A DNA stretch of 47,897 nt from the NCBI GenBank assembly GCA_964619545.1, contig CAZUED010000001.1, positions 1-47,897 on the forward strand, in the 5' to 3' direction. The DNA comes from an uncultured Muribaculaceae bacterium. GTDB taxonomy: Bacteria > Pseudomonadota > Alphaproteobacteria > Rs-D84. Position 1 is the stretch's first letter. Every line of letters begins with the position of its first letter. The translations under genes were made by a program, and so were the position numbers. Below the pieces are notes generated by a model. The model was given only the letters and a program-made list of their open reading frames with translations. It had not been told where the DNA came from and did not search any database. Shown here piece after piece: positions 8,666-20,000 of this stretch.

Positions 8666-10222
8666 ATGTCGTTTGTGCCAATGCCGCGCCAAGATTTGCT
8701 GTTAGCCATTGAAAGTCTGGCCCAAGAAAAGCAAATTGATCGCGAAATTGTATTTGAATCACTGGAAGCTGCTGTTGCAAAAATCGCAAAGCAGAAATAC
8801 GGCGAGGAATTTAACATAACCGCCACCATAGATCGTAAAAATGGCGCCATACGTGTACGCCGCCTGTTTGATGTTATAGATTCACCCGAAAAAGTTGGAA
8901 ATGATGAGCTGGGCGAATCTATTTACAACCCAGATACTATGCTGACCATTGCCCAGGCAAAAAAATATTCATCCGACCCAAAAGTTGGTGATGTTGTTGA
9001 AGATCAATTACCCGAACCCGAATTTGGCCGTATGGCATTTCAGACTGCACGTCAAATTATGACTTCTCGCGTTCGTGATGCAGAAAAGGGTCGCCAATTC
9101 GAAGAATTCAAGGATAACATCGGCGACATTATCAGCGGCACGGTAAAACGTATAGAATTTGGAAATGTGTTTGTTGATATAAATGGCAAAGCCGAAGGAT
9201 ATATCAAAGGAACAGAATTGATTCCTGGTGAACGTCTGAATGTCGGCGATCGTTTACGCGCACTGGTTATGGACGTCGTTCGCAGCAATTCAGGCCCACA
9301 GATTTTCTTGACTCGCACACATCCTATGTTTATGGAAAAATTGTTTGTTCAAGAAGTTCCTGAAATTTACGAAGGTGTTATTAAAATCAAGTCTGTTGCA
9401 CGCGCACCCGGCAGTCATGCCAAAATTGCGGTTCAGACCGAAGAGCCATCAATTGACGCGGTTGGTATGACTGTTGGAATGAAGGGGACACGCATCCAAC
9501 CAGTTATCAATGAATGCCATGGCGAAAAGATTGATGTTATTCTTTACAGCGAAGATCCAGCCGTATTTATTGTTAATGCAATGCAGCCTGCAAAAGTTGC
9601 AAAAATCATCGTTGATGAAGACACTCACACTGCTGTCGTTGTTGTAAACGAAGACCAACAAAGTCTGGCTATTGGACGTCGCGGACAAAATGTCCGCCTG
9701 GCATCACAACTGACCGGTTGGAACATTGATGTTATGAACGAAGCCCAAGAGCAAGAACGCCGCGCAAAAGAATTTAAAGAAAAAACTGAATTATTTATCC
9801 GTGGTCTGGACGTTGATGAAATGATTGCACATCTGCTGATAACCGAAGGCTTCCGGACTATTGAAGAAATAGCGTTTGTAGATTTGAATGAATTAGAAAC
9901 TATCGAAGGCTTTAACGCTGAACTGGCATCCGAATTGCAAAATCGCGCCAAGACTTATCTGGAAAAGCTGGAACAAGATTATATTGATGAAGGCCGCAGA
10001 TTAGGTATGAAGGATGATTTGTTACACTTTGACTTTGTAAAGCGTCCGATTATAATGAAGCTGGGTGCAGCTGGAATTCGCAGTTTGGAAGACTTGGCGG
10101 ATCTTGCATCTGACGAGCTGATTGAGATTCTGGGCGAAGATAATATGTCGCCGCGACTGGCCGAGCGTATCGTAATGAAAGCACGTGAAGTCGCATTCGG
10201 CATAACGATGGACGAGGAATAA
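8666..10222 (+). CDS. nusA: Transcription termination/antitermination factor NusA
   Basis: 518 aa. N-terminal domain, S1 and two KH domains (GRRGQNVRLASQLTGWNIDV), C-terminal acidic HhH repeats. Confidence 0.96.
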   Translation: MSFVPMPRQDLLLAIESLAQEKQIDREIVFESLEAAVAKIAKQKYGEEFNITATIDRKNGAIRVRRLFDVIDSPEKVGNDELGESIYNPDTMLTIAQAKKYSSDPKVGDVVEDQLPEPEFGRMAFQTARQIMTSRVRDAEKGRQFEEFKDNIGDIISGTVKRIEFGNVFVDINGKAEGYIKGTELIPGERLNVGDRLRALVMDVVRSNSGPQIFLTRTHPMFMEKLFVQEVPEIYEGVIKIKSVARAPGSHAKIAVQTEEPSIDAVGMTVGMKGTRIQPVINECHGEKIDVILYSEDPAVFIVNAMQPAKVAKIIVDEDTHTAVVVVNEDQQSLAIGRRGQNVRLASQLTGWNIDVMNEAQEQERRAKEFKEKTELFIRGLDVDEMIAHLLITEGFRTIEEIAFVDLNELETIEGFNAELASELQNRAKTYLEKLEQDYIDEGRRLGMKDDLLHFDFVKRPIIMKLGAAGIRSLEDLADLASDELIEILGEDNMSPRLAERIVMKAREVAFGITMDEE

Positions 10223-10258
10223 GGTGCAGTAAAGTCTGCATCAATGGAGTAAATTAGT

Positions 10259-12616
10259 ATGGCCACACTTACACTAGGCAAGTCTGTAACGACTGATCAG
10301 GTAGCAAGCAAAAAAGGCGATGCCGTTTTTGTAGAGCGCCGTCGACGCGTCATAGCGCCTGGCAGTCATGAACTGCGGGAAGAACCAAAAACCCCCAGCT
10401 CTGCGCGTAACGCCGCGGACGAAAAATTGCGCGCGGTGTTAGAGGCGGCTAAAGCACGCGATGAAGAGCGACGCAAACGTGAAGCCGAAGAATCTGCTGC
10501 ACGCGCCGCACGTGATGCTGAAATAGTTCGTGAATCCGAAGAATACGAAGCTGTCAAAGAAAAGCTCTCGGCCAAGGAATTAGCCAAAGAAGAAGAAACT
10601 CCGGCACAAAATGGACCACGCAGCGGTACAATTGCCCCGCGCATCAGCGCGCGCGAAACTGATGATGATGTGCGTCGTCCGGGAAATGTTCGCAAAGAAA
10701 AGAAAAAAGATTTTTCTAAGGGTAAAATTTCTATTCACGACATTGTTATCGGTGGCGGTGATGAAGGTGAAATTGAAATCCGCGGATCAAATCGCCGCCG
10801 GTCCGAGGCTTCCCTTAAACGTTTCCGCGATAAAGCGCGGTCTATGTTTGCGGCACCACAAAAAATTGCTCGTGAAGTAGTTTTGGGCGATTCAATTGTT
10901 GTTAAAGACCTGGCCGGTGCATTGGCTGAAAAAGTCGGAAATGTTGTTAAAAAATTGATGGAAATGGGAATGATTGTATCATTAAATCAATCCATTGATG
11001 CGGACACAGCAGAACTGATTGCCCAAGAATTTGGTGCATCTGTTAAACGCGTATCATCATTGCCACACGAAGAATTATTAAATCGTCAACCTGGCCCAGC
11101 GCACATGAAGCCACGCGCGCCTGTTGTAACGGTTGTTGGTCACGTTGATCATGGAAAAACCTCTTTATTAGATGCATTCCGTAATGCCAATGTGGTTGCT
11201 GGTGAGGCAGGTGGAATTACCCAACATGTATCTGCGTATGAAGTAAAATCAAAATCCGGAAAGATGATTACTTTCTTGGACACCCCGGGACACGAAACAT
11301 TTACTGCTATGCGCGCGCGCGGCGCGAACATGGCCGATATAGTCGTCTTGGTTGTCGCAGCGAATGATTCAATTATGCCCCAGACTATCGAGGCTATAAA
11401 TCATATCCGCGCAGCACGGGTTCCATTTATTGTTGCAATAAATAAAATTGATTTGCCTGACGCTAATCCGACAAAGGTTAAAACTGATCTGTTACAACAA
11501 GAAGTCCAAGTCGAAGAAATGGGTGGTGAAGTTCAAGCTGTTGAAATTTCCGCCACTAAAAACATAGGGTTGGATAAATTAGAAGATGCTATTTTGTTGC
11601 AAGCTGAAATGATGGATTTACAAGCTGATCCAGATATGCCGGCCGTGGGAATTGTAGTTGAAGCAAAAATGGAAAAAGGATTGGGCGCTGTTGCAACAAC
11701 TCTTATCCGTCAGGGTACACTTTCTATTGGCGACCCATTTGTTGTTGGGGAAACTTTCGGGCGCATTCGCGGTTTAATAAATTCGGTTGGCATGCGTGTT
11801 AAATCTGTGGGACCTGGACAACCCGTTGTTATACTTGGTTTAGAATCAGTTCCAAACGCAGGTGATACATTGAATGTTCTGGAAAACGAGGCACAAACAC
11901 GTGATGTAGCCGCATACCGCGCACGTCAAGAGAAGGACAAGGCCAGCATTGTAAAGCACAGCAGCTTGGAAGAATTATTTTCGAAACGTGATGATAATAA
12001 AAAATTGATGCTTCCGATTATTTTGCGTGCGGACGTCCAGGGTAGTGTCGAGGCAATTCGCGACATGTTGAAAGGCGTGGGTTCGGATAAAGCAGGAATA
12101 GATTTATTATCTGCAGGCGTCGGACAAATAACCGAGGGCGATATACGTCTGGCTATTGCTGGTGGTGCAGTTATAATCGCGTTTAATGTGCGTGCAGATT
12201 CTGCGGTGCGCGAACTGGCACGCCAAGGCGGCGTTGATATACGTTATCACTCGGTTGTTTATCGTATAACAGATGAACTGAAAGAAATCTTGTCCGGAAA
12301 ACTGGCACCTGAACGTCGCGAAACATTTATCGGATACGCAGATGTTATTGCTTTGTTCACGGTTGGCAAAGGAACCAAAGTCGCCGGATGCCGCGTTACC
12401 GAGGGCGTTATTAAAAAAGACGCATTCGTTCGATTACTGCGCGACAATGTAGTTATTTATGATGGTAAAATCGGAATGCTGAAACGCGAAAAAAACGAGG
12501 CCAAAGAAGTAGGTGTTGGAACTGAATTCGGTATGAGCTTTGATAAATATAATGATTTGAAAGAGGGCGATCGCGTTGAATGTTATGAAGTAGAAAACGT
12601 AAAAGCAACATTATAA
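10259..12616 (+). CDS. infB: Translation initiation factor IF-2
   Basis: 785 aa. G domain [12 protein letters not shown] / DTPGHE / NKID, a charged A/E/R-rich N-terminus, C-terminal domains. Confidence 0.97.
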   Translation: MATLTLGKSVTTDQVASKKGDAVFVERRRRVIAPGSHELREEPKTPSSARNAADEKLRAVLEAAKARDEERRKREAEESAARAARDAEIVRESEEYEAVKEKLSAKELAKEEETPAQNGPRSGTIAPRISARETDDDVRRPGNVRKEKKKDFSKGKISIHDIVIGGGDEGEIEIRGSNRRRSEASLKRFRDKARSMFAAPQKIAREVVLGDSIVVKDLAGALAEKVGNVVKKLMEMGMIVSLNQSIDADTAELIAQEFGASVKRVSSLPHEELLNRQPGPAHMKPRAPVVTVVGHVDHGKTSLLDAFRNANVVAGEAGGITQHVSAYEVKSKSGKMITFLDTPGHETFTAMRARGANMADIVVLVVAANDSIMPQTIEAINHIRAARVPFIVAINKIDLPDANPTKVKTDLLQQEVQVEEMGGEVQAVEISATKNIGLDKLEDAILLQAEMMDLQADPDMPAVGIVVEAKMEKGLGAVATTLIRQGTLSIGDPFVVGETFGRIRGLINSVGMRVKSVGPGQPVVILGLESVPNAGDTLNVLENEAQTRDVAAYRARQEKDKASIVKHSSLEELFSKRDDNKKLMLPIILRADVQGSVEAIRDMLKGVGSDKAGIDLLSAGVGQITEGDIRLAIAGGAVIIAFNVRADSAVRELARQGGVDIRYHSVVYRITDELKEILSGKLAPERRETFIGYADVIALFTVGKGTKVAGCRVTEGVIKKDAFVRLLRDNVVIYDGKIGMLKREKNEAKEVGVGTEFGMSFDKYNDLKEGDRVECYEVENVKATL

Positions 12617-12640
12617 AATGCGCCAATGGCGCATTTTTTT
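12615..12640. terminator. Bidirectional Rho-independent terminator between infB and the GT11 gene
   Basis: ATGCGCC-AAT-GGCGCAT stem-loop (12618-12634) flanked by A4 and T7. Shared by two convergent genes. Confidence 0.8.
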
Positions 12641-13403
12641 ACATAGCAATCCATTCTGGCATATTAATACTGGAACTTTTTATGTCTTTGGGTTCAGCAT
12701 TGTTCCATCTGCGCGGTGCGACCACTATTTTTTTTGGATTCTTATTCAGCCATGCACACCACCATGTAAAGGTGCTGTTTGTAATTATATGATTCTTGGC
12801 CAAAGAAGATGTCATCATATCTATATTTGGAGATTGGTTATACAAAAAAACAACCCTACCAAACTTTTCCAGATTAATATTTTTTTTGACCCAATCTAAA
12901 TCATCCGAAAATATAAAAAACACAGGATTGCCCAGCCGCTGCTTCATGTACTTGGCGGCACGGATAAAATAATCTGTACCAACAACATCATAATAAGGAT
13001 GCCCAACATAATCGCCGCGGCGAATATGAACTGCTACGCTGTTTTTTTCTTTGCTGATCTGCTTGGCAATTGATGGTAGTGTTTTTTTTAATGAAAGTTC
13101 TTTTAATAGCTGGGGTCGAATTCTGCGAAAATCTCCATGTGGATAACCGGAATAATGACGTCCCAGCAATCTAAAAAACAGCGCACCAATAATAGAAATA
13201 GATGGCAGCCTAACATTAAAATCTGCCAGATATAAATGCAAATGCGATACTTTTTTTAATTTTCTTTTTCGCTGACCTGAATGAAAAAAATGTAAATCAT
13301 ATAAAACTTTTTCGCCATATAATAACTCGCGCTCGCGCGCATAAGCATATTGGAAAATTTGATTTCCCAGTCCTGATTTTATTTTTACAACACGGGTTTT
13401 CAT
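12639..13403 (-). CDS. Glycosyltransferase family 11 (alpha-1,2-fucosyltransferase-like)
   Basis: 254 aa. GT11 hallmarks SGLGNQIFQYAYA, HIRRGDY, FFIFSDDLDW, NSTFTWWCAWL. Confidence 0.85.
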   Translation of the reverse strand: MKTRVVKIKSGLGNQIFQYAYARERELLYGEKVLYDLHFFHSGQRKRKLKKVSHLHLYLADFNVRLPSISIIGALFFRLLGRHYSGYPHGDFRRIRPQLLKELSLKKTLPSIAKQISKEKNSVAVHIRRGDYVGHPYYDVVGTDYFIRAAKYMKQRLGNPVFFIFSDDLDWVKKNINLEKFGRVVFLYNQSPNIDMMTSSLAKNHIITNSTFTWWCAWLNKNPKKIVVAPRRWNNAEPKDIKSSSINMPEWIAM

Positions 13404-13441
13404 TATTTTCCTTTTTAAATCAGGATAAATTTTATAAAAAA

Positions 13442-13515
13442 TGGAGGCCTGAGTCGGACTCGAACCGGCATAAACGGATTTGCAGTCCGGTGCATAACCC
13501 TTCTGCCATCAGGCC
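13442..13515 (-). tRNA. tRNA-Cys (GCA)
   Basis: Reverse complement is GGCCTGA-TG-...CCGGA-CTGCAAA-TCCGT...GCCGG-TTCGAGT-CCGAC-TCAGGCC-T-CCA. Cloverleaf with GCA anticodon, U73 discriminator and encoded CCA; one C-A mismatch in the T stem. Confidence 0.9.
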
Positions 13516-13606
13516 TGAGCTGCAATCATACTGGATACATTGCCCGTTTTCAACCGAAATTTATTCTATTGAAGAAAAACCTGCTTTTTTGTATGATTTG
13601 CCAGTA

Positions 13607-14692
13607 ATGCTGAATGTTTTGACCCTTGCAAATTTCCGTAATCATGATTCTGCCCGCATAAATTCCGCGGGCTTTAAGAACATCGTGATCACAGGCCCAA
13701 ACGGCAGCGGCAAAACCGCAATTTTAGAGGCCATATCAATGCTTTCTGGCAATGGCGGCCTACGCGGTGCAAGTATGCCCGAAATTGCAAAAATAAATGG
13801 TTATGGGGGATTTGCAGTTCATACGAAAATTTCTGACGATACAACCATTTCTGTTTCTTTTTCTGCTGGCGATACTGGGCGAAAGCTTCGTATTGATAAC
13901 GAGCCGAAGCCTCTATCAGCTGCATGCAGCGTAATTCGTATCATATGGTTGACACCAAAAGAAGACAGATTATTTGCAGAATCTGCATCTGATCGTCGTG
14001 CATTTTTGGATCGCTTGGTTGCCGGATTTGACCCTGTTCATACTGGCCGAGTTGCCAGACTGAATAAATTATTATCTGAACGTGCATTCGCAATTAAAAG
14101 CAATGGCGGTGAACAATGGCTGGATGCGATTGAATCCCAGCTGGCCGGCGTGGCCGCTTCTGTTGCTGCGGCGCGTGTTACTTATGCGGCACAACTAAAT
14201 CATTTTTTACAGGCAGAAACTAATTCGCAAATTATTTTAAGCGGTTGGTTTGAATCTCGTTTTGGCTCTGGTTGCAATTGTTTGGACGCAGAAAAAGAAT
14301 ACCGAAATTATTTATCAGAAAATCGTGCTTTGACAGCTGGAAATATGGTTATAGATGGTGCACACAAATCTGACTTTTCCATGTTTCGTAATGATCTTAA
14401 TATGAATGCTGCCATGCTGTCTGCTGGGCAACAGAAAAAATTATTGATGTTATTGATAATTGCAAATGCAAAACTTTTGCATGCTAAAATTTCTGCGCCT
14501 GTTTTGATTTTATTGGACGAGGCTTTATCTCATTTTGACCCGGAAAGCGCCGCAGATTTACTGGCGCGATTGGATGCTACGCCTGCGCAAGTTTGGATAA
14601 CTGGCGCCTATATTGATGTTTTCCCAAATGCGGAAAATTCTTTATTTGTTTCTTGCGCAGATGGCGATGTAAGTTGTAAAATGCAGGCATGA
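13607..14692 (+). CDS. recF: DNA replication and repair protein RecF
   Basis: Start moved to the ATG at 13607 (MLNVLTLANFRNH...), because the ORF-track start at 13490 overlaps tRNA-Cys. Walker A GPNGSGKTAILEAI, SMC-like signature region, Walker B LILLDEA. Confidence 0.92.
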   Translation: MLNVLTLANFRNHDSARINSAGFKNIVITGPNGSGKTAILEAISMLSGNGGLRGASMPEIAKINGYGGFAVHTKISDDTTISVSFSAGDTGRKLRIDNEPKPLSAACSVIRIIWLTPKEDRLFAESASDRRAFLDRLVAGFDPVHTGRVARLNKLLSERAFAIKSNGGEQWLDAIESQLAGVAASVAAARVTYAAQLNHFLQAETNSQIILSGWFESRFGSGCNCLDAEKEYRNYLSENRALTAGNMVIDGAHKSDFSMFRNDLNMNAAMLSAGQQKKLLMLLIIANAKLLHAKISAPVLILLDEALSHFDPESAADLLARLDATPAQVWITGAYIDVFPNAENSLFVSCADGDVSCKMQA

Positions 14693-15156
14693 AAAGCATA
14701 AATTACCCTCATTTGTTAGAAAAGGCATTAAAAATTGTTGTGCGCGACGCCCTGCGGCATGCACAAATCAACGGATTGGGCGATAATGCAAATTTCTATA
14801 TTACTTTTCGTACGCGTGACCCGGGCGTCGTAATTCCTGATTTTCTGCGTATGCGCTATCCTGAATTGATGACGATTGTTTTGCAGTATTCATTTTCTAA
14901 CCTGAATGTCTCGGACGATGAGTTTGGTGTAACACTTACATTTGATGGGCGTCCTTTTTATATCCGCGTGCCTTTTGATTCTATGCTGGAGTTCAAAGAT
15001 ACAAGTGTAGATTTCATACTGACATTCCAGCCAAAGGCTGCGCCCGATGCAGGAAATGATTTAGAACTTCCGCTTCCTGGCACAGTTGCACCAGCAGAAG
15101 AAAATGATGGTCGGGTAATTTCCCTGGACGCTTACAGACGGCGGCGCCAATCTTGA
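14689..15156 (+). CDS. sspB: ClpXP adaptor SspB (alphaproteobacterial type)
   Basis: 155 aa. ...FYITFRTRDPGVVIPDFLRMRYPELMTIVLQYSF...VTLTFDGRPFYIRVPF... resembles alpha-type SspB. C-terminal VISLDAYRRRR looks like a ClpX-binding tail. ATGA overlap with recF. Confidence 0.8.
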   Translation: MKSINYPHLLEKALKIVVRDALRHAQINGLGDNANFYITFRTRDPGVVIPDFLRMRYPELMTIVLQYSFSNLNVSDDEFGVTLTFDGRPFYIRVPFDSMLEFKDTSVDFILTFQPKAAPDAGNDLELPLPGTVAPAEENDGRVISLDAYRRRRQS

Positions 15157-15187
15157 TTTCCAGATTTTTTATTGTAAACTCAATCTT

Positions 15188-16822
15188 ATGAATAATTATG
15201 ATGTTATTGTTATAGGCGCAGGACATGCCGGGGTGGAGGCTGCTGCAGCCGCGGCACGCCGCGGGGCAAAAACTTTGCTGCTGACCAAATCTGAATCAGA
15301 TTTGGGGGCGTTGTCTTGCAACCCCAGCATTGGTGGTCCGGGCAAATCTCAACTGGTTGCAGAAATTGACGCTTTTGGCGGAATTATGCCAATTGCTGCG
15401 GATGCGTCTGGCATTCATTGGATATTGCTGAACGCGACACATGGCGCAGCAACTCGGGCTTTGCGCGCGCAAATTGATCGCACGCTTTATCACAATGCAA
15501 TTAAAAATTTGCTTGGACAATCTAATCTTGAAATAGTTTATGAATCTGTGGAAGATCTGGATTTAGAAAACAAGATCGTAAATAAAAAATACCATGCGAA
15601 CGCGATTGTTTTAACGACCGGCACTTTTCTGCGTGGATTGGTTCATCGCGGAAATGAAAAAATTGAATCAGGTCGATTGCAAGATGATGGATCTTATCAA
15701 GAACCTGATAAAAATATATCAAAAACTCTTGAGGCTGCTGGCTTTTCATTGCTTCGCTTAAAAACCGGAACCCCTGCCAGAATTTATCAGGACTCGATTG
15801 ATTTTTCTGTTTGCGAGCCTCAACCCAGTGATGAAAATCACGAATGGTTTTCGTCTGGAGAAAATGGATGTGAATCTCGCGTCAGTTGCTTTATAACTCA
15901 CACGACTGAAAACACTCACCAAATTATTCGGGAAAATATAAAAAATGCACCGATGTATAATGGCGACATTACTGGAACAGGGCCGCGCTATTGTCCATCT
16001 TTGGAAGATAAAGTTATGCGCTTTCCACAGCATACTTCTCACCATGTTTTTTTGGAACCCGAAGGTTTAAACAGCGATTTAATTTATCCGAATGGAATTT
16101 CAACCAGCTTTGGCGCAGACGAACAAGAGCAATGGATGCGCACCATTCCAGGGTTGGAAAACATGCGTGTTGCGCGATATGGATACGCCATAGAATATGA
16201 TGCGATTGACGCCAGAATGCTGAAATCAACCCTGGAATCCAAGGATTTGCCTGGTATATTTTTCGCAGGTCAAATCAACGGAACATCTGGATACGAGGAA
16301 GCTGCCGCCCAAGGATTGGTTGCGGGCGCGAATGCTGCGGGGGCAAACTTAGTTTTAGACAGAACAAATTCAATGATAGGCGTTTTGATAAACGACATAA
16401 CGACATTGGGAATTGACGAGCCTTATCGAATGTTCACATCACGGGCAGAATTTAGACTTTCGTTGCGCAGTGATAATGCGATAGTTCGCCTTGGGGAAAT
16501 CGCGGTAAAGGCCGGATTGATTACAGAAGACCAGCGCACAGAAAAATTAAATGCAAAAGCAGAAAAGATTGAAAAAATTGATAAATTTTACGCGGGATAC
16601 ATTGCAAGGAATCAGCGTGAGATAGAAAATTACAAACGCGATGAGAACTTAAAAATTCCAAAAGATTTTGACTATAAATCATTGGCGGGACTGACCAACG
16701 AGTTGATAGAAAAATTGACGCGGACAAGACCTGAAAACATCGCTGGATTATCAAGAATTCCCGGAATGACACCTGCTGGAATTATGGTTGTTTTGCGGAA
16801 AATAAAAACTGGAAATTCATAA
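15188..16822 (+). CDS. mnmG: tRNA uridine 5-carboxymethylaminomethyl modification enzyme MnmG (GidA), short form
   Basis: 544 aa. FAD motif VIVIGAGHAGVEAA, GPRYCPSLEDKV, GQINGTSGYEEAAAQG, C-terminal ...GLSRIPGMTPAGI. Confidence 0.94.
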   Translation: MNNYDVIVIGAGHAGVEAAAAAARRGAKTLLLTKSESDLGALSCNPSIGGPGKSQLVAEIDAFGGIMPIAADASGIHWILLNATHGAATRALRAQIDRTLYHNAIKNLLGQSNLEIVYESVEDLDLENKIVNKKYHANAIVLTTGTFLRGLVHRGNEKIESGRLQDDGSYQEPDKNISKTLEAAGFSLLRLKTGTPARIYQDSIDFSVCEPQPSDENHEWFSSGENGCESRVSCFITHTTENTHQIIRENIKNAPMYNGDITGTGPRYCPSLEDKVMRFPQHTSHHVFLEPEGLNSDLIYPNGISTSFGADEQEQWMRTIPGLENMRVARYGYAIEYDAIDARMLKSTLESKDLPGIFFAGQINGTSGYEEAAAQGLVAGANAAGANLVLDRTNSMIGVLINDITTLGIDEPYRMFTSRAEFRLSLRSDNAIVRLGEIAVKAGLITEDQRTEKLNAKAEKIEKIDKFYAGYIARNQREIENYKRDENLKIPKDFDYKSLAGLTNELIEKLTRTRPENIAGLSRIPGMTPAGIMVVLRKIKTGNS

Positions 16823-16847
16823 AACGCTGTATTAGACTGACATTCGC

Positions 16848-16923
16848 GCCGGCCTAGCTCAGTTGGTAGAGCACCTCATTCGTAATGAGGGGGTCGCAGG
16901 TTCGAATCCTGTGGCCGGCACCA
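16848..16923 (+). tRNA. tRNA-Thr (CGT)
   Basis: GCCGGCC-TA-GCTC-AGTTGGTA-GAGC-A-CCTCA-TTCGTAA-TGAGG-GGGTC-GCAGG-TTCGAAT-CCTGT-GGCCGGC-A-CCA. 76 nt canonical cloverleaf. Confidence 0.95.
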
Positions 16924-17056
16924 TCCTTTGACACGGCTACGGGTGAGGGGCCAGTTAAATCTTGATTTTTAGATAAATCAATTGTATAAATAGGCACATG
17001 CAAATAAAGAACATAATCATTATAAGATAATCGGCACTGCGCTTTAGCGGTTGCTG

Positions 17057-17080
17057 GGGCGCACATAGCGCCCTTTATTA
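17057..17080 (+). terminator. Hairpin plus T-rich tract downstream of tRNA-Thr and just upstream of the ileS RBS
   Basis: GGGCGC-ACATA-GCGCCC (17057-17073) followed by TTTATTATTAT. Could terminate mnmG/tRNA-Thr transcription or attenuate ileS. Confidence 0.5.
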
Positions 17081-17098
17081 TTATCAGGAGCAAAGTAA

Positions 17099-20000
17099 AT
17101 GTCATACCCAAAGACCGAACCAAAAGCAAACTTTCCACAGCTGGAACGCCAAATCATGGATTTTTGGCGCGGTGATGACACTTTCCACAAGGCTCTTGCC
17201 GCTAACGCAGTAAAAAAACCTCGCGTTGACTTTTCTTTTTATGATGGTCCACCAACCCCCAGCAGCAAGCCTCATGTTGGACACTTGGGTGTATCGGCCG
17301 TCAAAGATATGGTATTTCGCTATCACACAATGCGTGGTCAATATGTTACGCATCAATTCGGTTGGGATGTTCATGGACTTCCTGCCGAAGTAACCGTTGA
17401 AAAACAAACCGGCTGTAAATCTATCGACATTGTCGCCAAAGATGGAATCGCCGCCTTTTGCGATATGTGCCGCAGTGGCCTTATGTTGTATGCCGATGAA
17501 TGGCGTGGATATATCAACAGAATTGGTCGTTGGGTCGATTTTGGCAGTGATGGTCAAGAATATATCACCATGGATACTAAATATATGGAGTCTGTTCTGT
17601 GGGCATTAAAAAGCCTGTATGAAAAAGGCTTGCTGTATGAAGATTATAAAGTAAATCCTTTTTCTTGGAAATTGGGTACGGTTGTATCAAACGCTGATGC
17701 TGCCAAAGAATATACTGATGTTATTGATGATGCAGTAACCGTTTGGTTTGAACTGATTGATGGACGTCGCGTTTTGGCATGGACAACAACTCCTTGGACT
17801 TTACCAGGAAACTCTGCATTGGCCGTGAATCCAAAGATGAAGTATTTGGTTGTGCGTGATGCTGATGGCGCCGAATACATCATTGCCGAATCCAGATTCA
17901 AAGCGTATGAAAAGCAACTGGCATCTGCTGAAAAAGTTGGCGAATTATTTGGTTCTGATTTGGTTGGATTAAAGTACAAACCATTGTTTAATTATTACAC
18001 GGATGAAAAATTATATTCAATAATTCCTGCTGATTATGTTTCTGATTCTGATGGAACTGGAATTGTTCATATCGCGCCGGCCTATGGTCAGGAAGACTTT
18101 GCAGCTGCGCGTGAATTTGATAACGAATTTCCGGTTATCTTGAATGTCGATGATTATGGTAATTTTACAAGCGACGTCAAAGATTGGGCAGGTGAAAACA
18201 TTTTTGATGCATCACCTAAAATCATTCAACATCTGCAAAGCAATGGTCATCTGGTTAAAAAAGAGCAATACAAACACAGCTATCCTTTTGACGATCGCAC
18301 TCATACCAAGTTGATTTATCGCGCGACAAATTCTTGGTATATCAATGTACCGGCAGTGCGCGACAGATTGATGGAGAATAACAAACAAGTAAATTGGACC
18401 AGCGCGGGCGAAAGATTCCGGTCTTGGATTGAAAATGCCAGACCTTGGGCAATTACTCGTAATCGTTTTTGGGGAACTCCATTACCAATTTGGAAACGTG
18501 GCGACGAAATCAAAGTATTTGGTTCAATTGCAGAACTGGAAGAATTTTTCGGCGTTAAAATAAATGATTTGCATCGTCCAACTTTGGATAAACTTGAAAA
18601 AGACGGATGGAAACGCATTCCTGATGTTTTAGATTGCTGGTTTGAATCTGGGGCTATGCCTTTTGCCGCTTTGCATTATCCTTTTGAGAATAAAGACAAG
18701 TTTGATAAAACTTTCCCTGCTGATTATATTATCGAAGGCATTGATCAAACACGCGGTTGGTTTTATACATTGATGGTATTGGCAACGGCTTTGTTTGATA
18801 AACCTGCATTCAAAACCGTTTCTGCAAATGGTTTGACGTTGGACGAACAAAAACGGAAAATGTCGAAATCTTTGGGAAATTTCGAAGACCCCAGCAAAGT
18901 CTTTGATGATTACGGCGCAGACGCAATTCGACTTTATTTGCTGGGCAGTAATTTTATCAAGGGTGAACCAGTACTTATTGATAAAGCCGGTAAAGTATTT
19001 AACGAGCCTATCAAAAATATACTGACCCCACTTTGGAATGCGTACCACTTCTTTACACTTTATGCGAATGCTGGAAATGTAACTGCTAAAGATTTATCGA
19101 CCAGCGAAAATGTTTTGGATAAATACATTTTAGCAGAACTGGATGAGCTGATTGGCGTAGTCTCGAATTCTTTGAACGATTACAAACCTGACGTTGCAGT
19201 TCGTGAATTTACCAGATTTTTGGAAATCTTGAATAATTGGTATATCCGCCGCTGTCGGGAAAGATTCTGGGACGAAGACCAAACTGCTTTTGATACTTTG
19301 CATTTTGTTTTGACAAGTGTTTGCAAATTACTTGCACCGCTTGCCCCATTCATCAGCGATTATATCTATCGCAATTTAACCGGCAAAGAATCTGTTCATT
19401 TAGAGGCATTTCCAAAATGCGAAAAAAATAACAATGTTCAGTTGATGGATGACATGCGCCGCGTTCAGATGATTGTGGCAACTGGAAAAATGCTGCGTGA
19501 AAATTATAAATTGCGCAATCGTTTGCCATTAAAATCTTTAATGATTGCTGGCGCAGATATGAATGAATTTTCAGACATTTTGCGCGACGAGTTGAATGTA
19601 AAATCAGTTGTATTTTCGTCCAATGTTGCATCAGTTGCTGATTCTTTCGTGTATCTGATTACCCCCAAAATCGGTGCAAGACTGGGCGGAAAATTAAAAG
19701 AAATTATGGCTGCCAGCAAGCAGTCTGAATTTAATCCATCTGAATGGGGATTATTAGGCGACGAATACGAAATGCGCTTGAATGTAAAAGATGGTATAAC
19801 AGGTGCGGCACTTCCTGATAACACTGCGGTTGTAGTTTTGGATACAAATATGACACCAGAATTATTGGCCGAAGGTTTGGCAAATGACGCGCTTCGCTTT
19901 ATCCAAGACACCAGAAAAACAATCGGCCTGGATGTTTCTGACCGCATAATTTTGGAATACAATTCTGATATTGAATTGGCAGACGCGCTGGAGGCTCATC

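Noticed and set aside
13490-13606. N-terminal extension of recF in the ORF track
   Set aside because: It overlaps the tRNA-Cys gene (13442-13515). The conserved RecF N-terminus (MLNVLTLANFRNH) starts at 13607.
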